A DNA stretch of 64,000 nt from NCBI GenBank assembly GCA_002269645.1, contig NIVC01001319.1:124001-188000 (forward strand). Reading direction: 5' to 3'. The notes under the pieces were generated by a model. The model was not told the DNA's origin. It made no database searches and saw only the letters and a list, made by a program, of their open reading frames with translations. Source of the DNA: Macrostomum lignano. Lineage: Eukaryota. A program made the position numbers and the translations under genes. Below, piece by piece: positions 53,273 through 64,000 of the stretch; position 1 is the first letter of the stretch; each line of letters begins with the position of its first letter.

Positions 53273-54590
53273 TTAATCAGAGCTCGTGAGTGGCACAATG
53301 AGGTGACAACTCGAGTGCGGAAGAATAATGCATTTCTTTGTGGGCGTTCTCAACATTGTGCGTCGGGATTCAGCATAGAAACACATTCGGATAAGCGACG
53401 ATGGGTAGGGATAGACATAAAGGTTGTCTAGCAACGACAGAACAACGCCAGTCACCTTGCCATCGCAGACACTGGTGATGCGCACAACATTGTCTCCAAT
53501 GAAGCAGCAGTTGTCGCGTGCTTTGCAGCTGTATTGAAGTGTCGAAGTGAGCTTCTTAGTAAGCGATTCGCGGACATTGAGAATTTTTGCGTCAACAAGT
53601 GGGAAGTAGCAAATCGGGTCAACCGGAGCCGCCCTGGCCCTTTGAGGTGGGACAAATAATTCTCGAACGGAAAGGCGGAAAAATTGCTCAGAGGTCCGAG
53701 TTGCTGCACGAATAGCGGCAGATGCAGTAACACGTGTGTGTTATTACTCATAATTAAGTCTCCGTATAGCTCCTGCACTTCTCCGACGAACTTCTTGACG
53801 CAGGTTCGGCGTAGGTAAAAATTTCCGGATTCTTGCACAGCTCCGATGACATCAGAACATAGATGGCGAAGTGCAGAAGCAGAAATGTTTGAAAAGCCTG
53901 TCAGGAAGATATTGGCGAAAGAGATATGCTCCGAAGTAGAGCAGAAAATTTTTCAGCTTGGTCGCTTTGCAGAGGGCTAACTCCTTGTCAATTCGCCGAG
54001 GGCGCCGCTGGAAATTAGACGGAGTGTAAGGGGCGCACTTGGCTATATCGTCAGACAGAGCCGTAATTTCAGCAGGCCGTATTTTGCAGTGCCGACCGTT
54101 ATCAGTGGCAAAGAGGAAATGGAACAACTTTTGGACTGTTCCATTGCAGACCAGGTGCATGAAATCGGGCGAAATACACTTGGGAAAGTCGAGTCCTTTA
54201 AGTAGCATCAGGGGACTGGGCCCAGCTCGCTGATTTGACTTTCTGTGAGGTAAAAAGAATTATCAAAGTGAGATTATCAGACAAGATGTTCACACATGAG
54301 ATTATTGGACATAATTATAAGAAAAATAAAAGGCAATTGCAAAAACATTTTCTCACCCTCCTTCGCTATAAGCCACGGCTGTACGCGGCTCTCCTTCGTC
54401 AGTTGGGTACACGATCCTCCTGTCAATGGTCTGCGCCACAGCCCTGCAGTAAAAGCAGCCGTTGTGAGAGTTGTGTCCCAGTGTCCTCGCGATGAAGGAT
54501 CGCACTGGCGCATCGCACACGAAATACATGCTGCGGATTTTCACAGGCACTCCTTCAATCAGCTTGAAGTTGGACATCAGTTCCGAAACC
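53273..54590 (-). pseudogene. EnSpm/CACTA transposase C-terminal half (copy 3)
   Basis: FVCDAPVRSFIARTLGHNSHNGCFYC, PDFMHLVCNG, FQRRPR, SNNTHVLLHL, GPLSNFSAFPFENYL; the 5' part is replaced by a BEL fragment. Confidence 0.9.
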
Positions 54591-54594
54591 TCCT

Positions 54595-55180
54595 AAGTTA
54601 GAAGCTGCATGGATCGGAAACACTGGCAATGCTTCGCAGCAGCTGTCGATTCGTTGTGATCTTTCCGTTGCAATTCGACTCATCCGTTGTGAATGACAGC
54701 CCGCCAATTGACACCCAGGGTTTTTCTGGCTGGTAAATAGCCTGTCAGCAGCAACTCAGATCGCGGGGCCGCTCAGACACCGGAACTCTTTCTTCGCTGA
54801 GCACTTCCGCTGAGTTGGAAATCCATTTGCGTGCTCTCATCCCTGCTCTGCTCCACAGCTCAGCTGTTCGTACAATTTGATCGCTTGACGCACATCCTTT
54901 GCTGAATCTAAGCTATCGTCCATGTACGTAGAACGCAACACAGTCCTCGCCGCCATTGGCCAAGAATGGTGGACAGTTTACACCAAAGACGACGCTTCGA
55001 AACTCGTACACCTTCAGCTCCACATCACGATCTGCCGCGAGTCCGCGCCATAAAAACCGGTAGAATCGCCTGTCGTCAGCGGCAAGTCTGATTCTTAAAT
55101 ACATTTATTGTGTGTCACAGGACACTGCCACTGCATGCGTACGGAATCTTAGCGGCACTTTAAAGAATTTTGGCCCAGCA
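54595..55180 (-). pseudogene. BEL/Pao reverse transcriptase fragment
   Basis: [41 protein letters not shown]; [10 protein letters not shown]; [12 protein letters not shown]; KTLGVNW. Confidence 0.9.
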
Positions 55181-55195
55181 AAGATTCAAGCAGAT

Positions 55196-55531
55196 TCAAT
55201 TCCCGTTAGGCCGCGCCAGCGTGTACCATTCGCAAATGCCACGAGCATCCGCATCATCTGGGTTTAGAGTCAGCTTGGATTCAGAGCAGCCGAGACAGAT
55301 TGAGCCGGCGTACTCTTGGATTTTGGCGCCTTTGATTGCCAAGATATCGCCCTCGCTCGGACTCCACCTGGCCAGTAGCAGAACCCCAAATAGTGCAGGA
55401 CACCAAAAACCAGAGTCGTCGACGAGCGAAACTTTGGACCGGGAAATTTCCTTGCCTTTACGAGTTGTCTCTATTAACTTCACTCTCTTTATGACGTCGC
55501 AATTTCGCTTCCCGACTCCTCTGCTCAGCAC
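55196..55531 (-). pseudogene. RPA1 (RPA70)-like OB-fold fragment (DBD-B type)
   Basis: SLVDDSG, TIWG (alternate frame, 55383-55394), ILAIKGAKIQEYAG, LNPDDADARGICEWY. Confidence 0.75.
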
Positions 55532-55629
55532 TCTTTCTCTTTCTTTTAGGCATATTGCCTAACTGCACCAGCCGTTTATCAAAACCATTCCGGGCAAAAA
55601 AGCCGTCTCAAAAACGATCCGAAATCTAA

Positions 55630-55860
55630 CCGAACGTTGTCGATCCGAGTTGTAAACAGTTGTCGGTCAGTCAGGACGGAAGAAACCAAACGCTCAAAAC
55701 GGAACGCTGTCGATCCGGGTTGTAAACAGTTGTCGATCAGGAAGGAAGAAACGAACCGAAACACTCAAAACGGAAAGCTGTGTATCCGAGTTGTAAACTG
55801 TTGTCGATCAGGAAGGAAGAAACGCAGCAGTTGTCGAAAACGTTGTCGATCCAGATCCAA
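55630..55860. repeat. Tandem repeat of about 65 bp, about 3.5 copies
   Basis: GTTGTCGATCCGAGTTGTAAACAGTTGTCGATCAGGAAGGAAGAAAC units. Confidence 0.85.
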
Positions 55861-56149
55861 AAGCAAAAAAGCGATCTGGCATAAGCACAAAAGTCTCGAG
55901 CAACAAAAGTCTTTTGATTTAGCCTCTTGCTTTAGCCGACCGATGGCCGCAGGTTTGACTGGAAAGATTCAGACCATTGACACGATGAATCCTTACTGCA
56001 AGCATTATATTATATTTTATTATAATATACTATTCCACTCGAGGCCAACCACTGGCAATAAAAATCGAAATGCCGAATGACGAAAGAGACTCAGACCATA
56101 GACATATTGAGCTCTGACTGCGGCAAAAATACACTGTCGAGATAGGCCG

Positions 56150-57476
56150 CGGACAGGTTTTTCTCCATTTTAACAGGGTGATGGGTTTCGACCTTCCGGC
56201 CCCCACTTCTGTCAGATGGTCAGCAGGGAGAATTTTGAAGGTAGAAATTAGTTAATCCGCAGAATAGCTAACTCGCTGCCACCAGCCCGTACGTCCTGGC
56301 TCACCACACCGGGACTCTCGAAATCGGGCTTCCGACTAGAGGGGGCTTTGCACTTACCTGCCAACTAGTGTATTTTTGCTGTCAATCTCGAAGTCATAGC
56401 CGATGTTAAGGGACACTGCTGGGACTGGATCGCATTGGCCATGCAGGTACAGAGGGGACTTGTGCAGGGGATTCTTGCAGTGATGAGACTATGGGGTAGC
56501 TACATCTACTATTACATTGCTAAATAAGAAGATATGTACTTTTGGCCTTCAACGCGCCAACCAGCCTCTCATAGCGCTGATGATAGGCTAACTCGAACAT
56601 CAGAGACCGCATGATTCATTACCCGAGCCGCTTGGCGAGTCTAGAGTGCACAGGGTACATCTCTAGCGCCGATTTTGCACTATTGGCAATTTTTCTCACT
56701 GATTTGATAGATTGATCGACTGAGAACTGCCTTGCCATTGGTCCACTGTGACCGGCGCCTACTAGCTTAGCTACTCATCTGAGCCATCGGCGAACAAAGA
56801 AATAAAACCGATAAAATAACTGTTAGATTTAACCTTCTCCTTAGATCACTTCGCACTTCAGATTGAATTAGAGTTTTAGACTACTAGCAGTATTATTAAA
56901 TGACTTCTGCCTCAGCAACAGCACTACTGAACAAAATTAGCAAAAGTGTGCGCCTAATTCAGCTACTGAAACAGGGGACAGATAGGGGATCACCCAATCA
57001 CCCAACTCACCCAACCAATCAGAAACTCAACAGCCGGAGATCAGGTAATCCACAGTGACCGAATCGGCTTGATGCTCTGTAGCTGTAGACTCGGGATGAT
57101 GCTGTCACAGTCTTCGCAGATAGCTAGCAGGTGATGCTCTTCGTTTGATGTTCGCTGCTGATGACCGGGGGATTCGTCCTTGATGATGATAGGGGGAAGT
57201 CGCAATCCGGGGATCAAGAAACGACGGTCGCGCTCCGGGAACCAGAAGTTTCGTTCTGGGCCCGAGCAAGTTGGAGTCCGAGCGGGCCAAAAACACCGGT
57301 TTAAATAGCCGCCAACTGGACCGCAGTTTGTTATAATGGAACACGTCGATTCTGATTGGCTGAGCCGTTTTGTTAAAATGAGCGCCGAATTTTCTGATTG
57401 GCTAAGCTTGTTGCCACCCAGAATCACGTGACCGGGAGATCCTATCAGTTCCCACAGGGTCGTAAAAAGATGACAG
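56150..57476 (-). mobile_element. Possible LTR/promoter plus decayed gag-like sequence
   Basis: The minus strand starts TGTCA, has two AGCCAATCAGAA CCAAT boxes and TATTTAAA; downstream is a stop-ridden FSVDQSIKSVRKIA...RYERLVGAL. No second LTR or TSD was found. Confidence 0.3.
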
Positions 57477-60051
57477 GTGCGGTCAAAAATCAGACAAAAT
57501 CGCAACAAAATGATTTATGACTTTTCGCGTAGGATTGACGGAAATTAATCAAAAAATATACATTAGAAAGCTCTTATTAAATAGAAAGTGAAGATAATTA
57601 AGAGAAATCGCTAATCGCTAATCCCAAGGTACTTTTAGGGGTAAAACGCATAGCTGTCAAAGCTGTCACACGCTTGAGTGAACCCGAACAATAGGCTCTG
57701 ACCTCATAAATCTTGATGGCCTGTCAAAATGATGAGAAAAAAGCTACCGCCCGCATCCTCTCAGACCATCTGGCGCCCGCCTCAACACTGAGTGAGGCGC
57801 AGGTGGCTGTCAGACCAGCTTCGAAAGCGATGATTTATGACCCAAAAAGCTGCGCCTATGTTATTATGACTACTAGTATGACCAGACATTATATCTAGTA
57901 TAGATTCTATGACAATTCGCAGAAGAAGGATAAAAATGCCCATTGCCCACTGTTAGTTGGCTAGTAAATTTAGAGCCTATGTGCTAGCGCGGGGTTTGGA
58001 AAAAAGTTCGTCCTCATCATATGCCCCCCCTATTTGTGAGTTGATCGCAGATTAACTCAAAAACAAAGTAGAAAATTGAGGTCAGTTTTGTACAAAATCG
58101 CAGCTAGCACATAAAAAATAGCAAGAATTATAATAGTTACTCACAAATAGGAAAATATCAGACTAATACGCATCCGAAGAATGGAAATCCCAAAAGAGAA
58201 AGAAATTGGGGGAAAGAGAAGAAGTGAAGAAAGAAAGGGATCAAAAGAAAAGTGCTTAAAACAAACATTGCATTGCAAATACAATTTGCGAGATGCGAGA
58301 TGCATGTAAGGAGATAATAAAGCGATAAATTCTTGCCGCGCGAGGAGACACAGTTCAAAATGCGCGACATACGAATGAAATAACCAGAGCTTATTTGGAG
58401 AGAACAAACTCTATTGTTCGCTTCTGAGTCAATCTCAATCCGACCTGGTAAGCCTCTTGATGGCTTAATTCCTTTGTCGCGCAGGGCCGACCCGAGCCAG
58501 GATGAACGGGGAGCTCGGAAAATGTGTTGCACATTCTCACCTCCCGCCTGTGGAGTCCACGTGCCTGGGGTTGCCGTGCTCATCTTGCGGCTGCTGGCGA
58601 ATGGCGAACCTCAGAGGATTAAGGGGCTCTTAAACCATCTTTGCTGACTGGCCGAGACGCTGGTGGGGGAGGATGACCTCAGCCGCCTCGAGTTCGCAGA
58701 GAGATAAAAGGAGTGACCACTCGGGTCATCCACAAATTATCATTTTCATCTTCGAATCCTGCGTCAGCCTTCGACTCGCCAGCCAGCGCTTCGCCACTGC
58801 CACCTTTGCTGACTTCGCACCAAGCCAGGCCAGCCACTGCAGACCTCCGATCTTCAACTGGTAAGTCTCATCTCAGCTCTGTGATACTCTACCGTACACG
58901 TTACTCAATCGGATAATCCCAGACCCATCCCACAGTCTCAGCAGCCTTTAGGGTACACTCCCTCCTACTCATTTGCCCATTCAGTGCTGTGCAGATAGGT
59001 ACTTTAAGATGTATTATTAATAGAGTTTCAGATAAGAGGCAGAATAATTTTGAGCACTAGTGTTATGTTTTAAAGATTCTTTCCAAAGTTTTTTTGTCCT
59101 TATATTCCGCTTCAATCGCATCCTTTGTCAAATTTAATTCACACAATCCAATTTTGTTTTACACCCAGTATTACTACCTATCAGTAGTATCGCACAGCCG
59201 CGAGTTCAACTTAATTTTACCATGTCTAGATCAGTTTAGCAATTCGTATTAATTCAGGTTGACCACTTATACTTTATTTAAAGTTTTATTAGCTTAATTG
59301 TACCTATTATTCACCTAAATTGATTATCTAACTCGTTTACTAATAGTCTCTTTCTTCGCTTCGGCTCAGTGAGTTTAGCAACGGGAAGACCTTAGTTTCA
59401 ATTTCAAGTCAGACCAAGTACCAATTCCACCTTTGCAATGCACGTTTTAATTTTTAAAAACAATACTATGTCAGATCAAGCAAAACAAATAAATAATTAC
59501 ACGCACGCACACAACACAGTTTCCGCCACCATTTGATATTGTTTTTACAAAGAGAAAAGAAGCAAAGTACGCAAAACACTACTGATAAGAATATAAATAG
59601 CATAGCACAACATTTAGAAAATGAGCAAGCAAGAAAAATAAACATTTTAGTTCCACGCGCATGCGAAATAATGTCACAACATAAAAACTTATACGCAGAA
59701 ATAAATAGTAACGCAACATTTAAGATATAAATATAGATATGGAAACGCATTTTCAAACCACCAGGGGAGTATTTACAGGGGAATTCGGGGGGTACAAGAA
59801 GCAGCATGAGAAAACAATAGTTTAAGCAATAAGAGAAGATATTTACAGGGGGCATAGCAACACAAAATGAAAGAAGAATAGGGTGTTACAATTTACTTCG
59901 GCTTGGCAGAAATTTGGTCAAGAGCCTAACAAAAGATAAAGGCACAGCTCGCTCACTAACTTTCACTTGAGCCGAATAGTTTAACCAAAGATAGCCTAAA
60001 ATATTTTTTCTTAATAAAAAGAAATGTTCATAGCTGCTCCACCTTCAATTC

Positions 60052-60798
60052 TCACACTTCTTGGCTGGCGTTCTGGCTTCTCTGATACAGCACCGCCACG
60101 CTCAGTTCCCAAATCTTCTTGTCAGCTTCGAGGGCGGCAGACATCTTGAGGACCGAGTGCGGGGGGTCCTCACCGCGGTGGAACACATCATTGAGTAGAT
60201 CGTAGACGATTTTCAAGCAGGGGTACCCGGCCTCGCGCACCAGCGCATTGTATAGCTGGTTCCTCTCGAGCCGCTCGGGCGCCAGCTGCCAGAAACGCTC
60301 GTTCGCCGGGACAATGATTAGGCGTTCGCGAAGGCGTCTAGGGCAGGGCTGCAAAAGTGGCAGGCCGCCCCAGTTCTCGGGAGCCTCGCCGACTGCCAAC
60401 ACCAGCGCTGTTGTTGCCAGGCAGTCTTGCAGCGCTAGCTGCGCGGCCCACTCGCCCGCTTGATCAGGCGTATAGACGTACAGCGCTTGCGTTAGGTCGG
60501 TGGCTAGAGCGAACAGCCCATCGTGGAAGACGATGACGTTGGTGCCTCGCAGGCCCAGCACAAGTCTGGCGTACATCGCCATCTGCAGGGCCGTCAGATG
60601 GACCTCGTGTCGGCTCAGCATGGAGACGATGTTAGCCGCCACCGCAGGGGAGAGGCCGTAGTCGACAGCTGCCGGCCAGGGGAAAGTGAGCAGTTGGGCC
60701 AAGTAGAGTACCGCCCGGCCTGGGTTGCTCAGCTGCAGCGGCGCTAGCCGCTGGGTTAGATTCGGCCACCATGTTGAAAATGTGGAGTCCAAGTCCAT
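60052..60798 (-). CDS. Orphan intronless GC-rich ORF of about 248 aa; possible SGNH-hydrolase-like fold
   Basis: Uninterrupted GC-rich ORF in AT-rich flanks, starting MDLDSTF; alternating beta/alpha pattern ending in DPPH. Confidence 0.55.
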   Translation of the reverse strand: MDLDSTFSTWWPNLTQRLAPLQLSNPGRAVLYLAQLLTFPWPAAVDYGLSPAVAANIVSMLSRHEVHLTALQMAMYARLVLGLRGTNVIVFHDGLFALATDLTQALYVYTPDQAGEWAAQLALQDCLATTALVLAVGEAPENWGGLPLLQPCPRRLRERLIIVPANERFWQLAPERLERNQLYNALVREAGYPCLKIVYDLLNDVFHRGEDPPHSVLKMSAALEADKKIWELSVAVLYQRSQNASQEV

Positions 60799-61044
60799 GT
60801 TGAGGACGCACTTGTTTGGAAAAAAGTGCGTCCTCATCAAGGGAAGCATTTTCACAATAAAATCAAATTGCAACCAAAAAAATTTCCCATTAGCGCCGGA
60901 AAATTTCCGATCAAACAAATCGAGTTAGAAAAAATCGGCCACCAATTGCGTCCTCAACAGTGCTACACCGCAAAACGTCTATGTTCCAAATTCTCAACTT
61001 TAGTGTATAGACTAGCAATTTATGCCACCTCCCTACGGGGGACC

Positions 61045-61780
61045 TGTACAAATTTGCCAAAGTATTACACATTTTGCCAATGGGTTGCACATCCCGTTGC
61101 CGTTGGTCAGTGCGCTTGAGAGAGGCCAAGTTTCAAATTCCCGCCTTCACTATGGAAACGTAATTTTTAGAAAAACTTTGTTTGAACGTGTCTTGCCCCC
61201 CACCCCAATTTTCCTATAAATACAAGCGAATTTTGCGCCCAGAGAGGCTAACCGAAGTTTTAGATCTTTTGGTTCATAGGCGAATTGCCTATAAAATTGA
61301 AGAAGTGTTCCAAGCCTTCCTTCATTTGCTAAAAAACTAAGAGCGAATACTCATTGGACAGAAGGTGGAAATCACCAAGAGCAAAAGACGAACAGTCTAA
61401 AAGCCAATTGCGTACTTGCAAAGAGCAGAGGCGTAGCCAGCCAATAGAAAAGGGAGATATATCCCAATAGAAATATTCGAATTGAACAACCAATGGGAAG
61501 TCGTAGATGACAAAAGCAAATCCGTAAGAGGAAATTGAAATTCACCGGGCAAACTCGATCCATTGGAGGACGCTGCTTTAGGACTTAGTCATCCCCCCTC
61601 TCCCCCTAGCTGAACAGTGTCTTGCCGCTCGGGCACTGCGCGCTACCAGGGCAATCCGTGCTTACGTGAAAGCCCATAGTCTTACCTCAGTAACACCGTG
61701 TTTTAGTAGTTCATAACGAATTCAATAAGCTAATATAATAAAATTCTAGAATTATAGCCAAACCCCCCCTCCTACAACAA
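61045..61780 (+). repeat. Candidate LTR of the right-hand Gypsy element
   Basis: GGGGGA at 61037-61042 followed by TG at 61045; TATAAATA near 61214; ends ...ACA just before the PBS motifs. No second copy in the window. Confidence 0.35.
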
Positions 61781-61782
61781 CT

Positions 61783-61905
61783 TGGTGGCACAGTGAGATA
61801 AAATTCAATAACAGTAAAGAGACCGGTAACCACTTGGTGCATCGGTGGGATAGTTTATAATAATTAAATCCACCTCCCACAACTTGGTGGCAGCGGAAAG
61901 GGATC
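61783..61905 (+). promoter_or_regulatory. Three tandem tRNA-Leu primer-binding-site-like motifs
   Basis: TGGTGGCACAGTGAGAT (61783), TGGTGCATCGGTGGGAT (61835), TGGTGGCAGCGGAAAGGGAT (61885). Confidence 0.65.
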
Positions 61906-61980
61906 GAGATCCGGTGAAAAGACCCGATATTGCTGAAAAAGTCGAATTGACAAAGAGAAATTATAGACTCGGAATAAGCC

Positions 61981-62928
61981 ATGGCAGCAATCAACGATGC
62001 TATTGGACTATTAGCAGAAGAGTTGAGGAATAGATTAGAACTAGGGCCCATGAGAAATATTAAAATTCAGAAGTATACCCCCAGCCAAGACATCCGAATC
62101 TGGCTGGTAGCCAGATGTGACGCCGAAGGAATAGACGTAGCCAATAGGAAAACTGAGTTAGTAGCTAATTTGGACTTGTCAATTGCTTTCGCTGCAGTTC
62201 AGCGATTGAATTTGCCAGAAGAGTTGACCTATGAGGAGTTCAAGGATAGGCTTGTAGAAAGATTTGGTAGGCTAGGAAGTGCTTCCGAATTCCGTGAAGA
62301 ATTTAGAGGAAGGATGCAGGGAAGAAATGAGGCGACCGACATGTTCGCTGATGCCCTGATAGAGCTGTCAAGCCGAGCATTCCCAAACATGAATGCCGAG
62401 CAACGAGAAGAGGAGGTGGTAGAACAATTCATAAAAGGTGCCAGAATCCCCCCAGATACAAGGGAGAAGCTGATCTTTGCGCAGCCAGCTAGCCTGCAGG
62501 AAGCTAGGCGCATGTTGAGGCGCATCGAAGCTGCTTGGCACATGTCCCACAAGAACGGAGTAAGAGTGATGAAAGATGAAGAAGGAGAGAAGGAGAGTCT
62601 GACAGAAATTGTCAAGAAGCAGAAAGAGGAGCTGGAAAAGCAGCGAAAACTCATTCAGGAGCTACAGGCGGAGAGCCGCAAAGAGAAGGTGCAGGTGTAT
62701 CAGCCAATGGCTACTCAGCCAGTGCATTATCAGCCTGCTGTAGTACAGCCTCAGCCTGTACGAATGGCTCCTCAGCCCCAGCCTGTGCGATACCAGCCCA
62801 GGGCGTATCAGCCACAGCCACCCCCGCTAATGAACCAGCGCCCCAGGTTCCAAGCGCAGTCTCAGCCACCATCGGCTAGACCCAACCAGCACCGATTTCC
62901 GCCAAGAAACCCGAATCAGGGAAACTGA
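61981..62928 (+). CDS. Gypsy gag (capsid, coiled coil, Gln/Pro-rich tail)
   Basis: Intact 315-aa ORF; YEEFKDRLVERFG..FRGRMQGRNE..FADALIELSSRAFP..QFIKG. Confidence 0.9.
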   Translation: MAAINDAIGLLAEELRNRLELGPMRNIKIQKYTPSQDIRIWLVARCDAEGIDVANRKTELVANLDLSIAFAAVQRLNLPEELTYEEFKDRLVERFGRLGSASEFREEFRGRMQGRNEATDMFADALIELSSRAFPNMNAEQREEEVVEQFIKGARIPPDTREKLIFAQPASLQEARRMLRRIEAAWHMSHKNGVRVMKDEEGEKESLTEIVKKQKEELEKQRKLIQELQAESRKEKVQVYQPMATQPVHYQPAVVQPQPVRMAPQPQPVRYQPRAYQPQPPPLMNQRPRFQAQSQPPSARPNQHRFPPRNPNQGN

Positions 62929-64000
62929 ATGGCGAGGGTCGGAAGTGGAGGCCACGTCCCTCAAGCAGAGCCCCAAGCGAAATGCAGGCCTCCCAAATTC
63001 CCCGCCAACCCGCTTGCGATATGGCAAACGGAGGGTGGCAACTTGTAAAAAGACGCAAGCGAAATGCTTATGCACCCAATGCGAAAATGCACCCTGTATC
63101 TACGCGAAATGCACCGACTGTACCTACTATGCCTGCATCATCAGCACCCGCACCTGCTGCTGCAGCAACCGCATCTGCTGCCGCATCATCCCAATTGCTT
63201 ACTTCGCCCAATATGTCAATCGCCGAGACCTTAGTCATCACGCCGACGACTGTCAAGCCCAAGAAGACGCGTCGAAATCGCCGCCGCAAACCCAAGAAGA
63301 CTCCAGCCAATGCCAAACTCGAGCTAATCAGCTCCAAGAGCTACGAAGCGATCGTAGTAGGCAACATCAATTGCCAAGAGATTGACTTCCTGCTAGACAC
63401 TGGAGCTAGCAATAATTTACTGAGTAAGTCAGTCTGGTCTAAGATTTTCAAGCCTGAGCAAATTAAAAGTACAAGTAGAAGAGTATCTACTTTTGACGGA
63501 GCTACAGTACAGCTAGGAGAAATTTCCGTTGCTGTTGAGTTTGGAGATATTCGAATTGAAATAACGTTCTTATTGTGTGGCCACGAATGTGACAACATTT
63601 TGGGAATGGAATTCTTTCTTGAGCAGTGCGAAAGCATTCATCTGACAAAAGGGATGCTGATCCTGAAAGAAGGAGCCTGTATACCTATGCAGTACACGCA
63701 CATGCCTGTACGAGTCTGCAGAGTGTACACTCAAGAAAAGGCAATTATCCCTGCAAGCAGCGCACTGCGCATTCCAGTAAGAATGGCGAAAAATGCCGAA
63801 GCTAACTATGGCGCCCTAATGACCATAGAAACGATTGGCGATGGCGTAAGAGCCAAAGAGCTAACGATCGAAAAGATCCCGACTCTGGTCACCATGCAAC
63901 AGGGCACCGCAGTCGTCGAAATTGTGAATCGACACCCCGTCGAAGTCAAGTTGCCCAAATCTGCATTGGTAGGGCTCGCTAAGCCCATGAAGGCCAAAGA
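62917..64000 (+). CDS. Gypsy pol 5' part (protease and spacer), in the -1 frame, open to the window end
   Basis: No stop codon from about 62917 to 64000; FLLDTGASNNLL (DTG at 63396-63404), ILGMEF; slippery GGGAAAC at 62919-62925. Confidence 0.9.

Noticed and set aside
24891-55860. Tandem repeats (24891-25496, 43758-43920, 45065-45270, 55630-55860) as CRISPR-like arrays
   Set aside because: No unique spacers of constant length and no cas genes; the context is eukaryotic.
58525-58957. GC-rich segment as a solo LTR
   Set aside because: No TSD or partner copy, and the boundaries are arbitrary.

Overview
Eukaryotic (most likely invertebrate animal) DNA that is almost entirely a nested transposable-element cluster. 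It has short GT-AG introns; I found no host gene, RNA gene or CRISPR array. From left to right: a decayed RNase H-bearing LINE with a nested 214-bp retro-insert; a (GACA)n array; an internally deleted mariner with TIRs and TA TSD; Gypsy and LINE remnants; a P-element transposase fragment; a CCC-ended MITE; and a degraded EnSpm/CACTA. Next is a complete 9.7-kb CACTA-type element (23750-33441; 12-bp TIR, TAT TSD) carrying a spliced transposase and an accessory gene with B-box + coiled-coil + BEN architecture, clipped at its 3' end by a Mutator-like foldback MITE. Then comes a rearranged Polinton/Maverick remnant (minor capsid end, RNase T2-like ORF, integrase split by a Crypton-like tyrosine recombinase element, pX-like protein, pPolB, packaging ATPase). 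The right part holds a young full-length Gypsy element (45814-50190) with one nonsense codon, a third EnSpm, BEL/Pao and RPA1-like fragments, an orphan GC-rich ORF with a possible SGNH fold, and the 5' part of a Gypsy element with three tandem tRNA-Leu PBS-like motifs and a GGGAAAC -1 frameshift site. All protein family calls come from motif recognition by eye; no database search was run.
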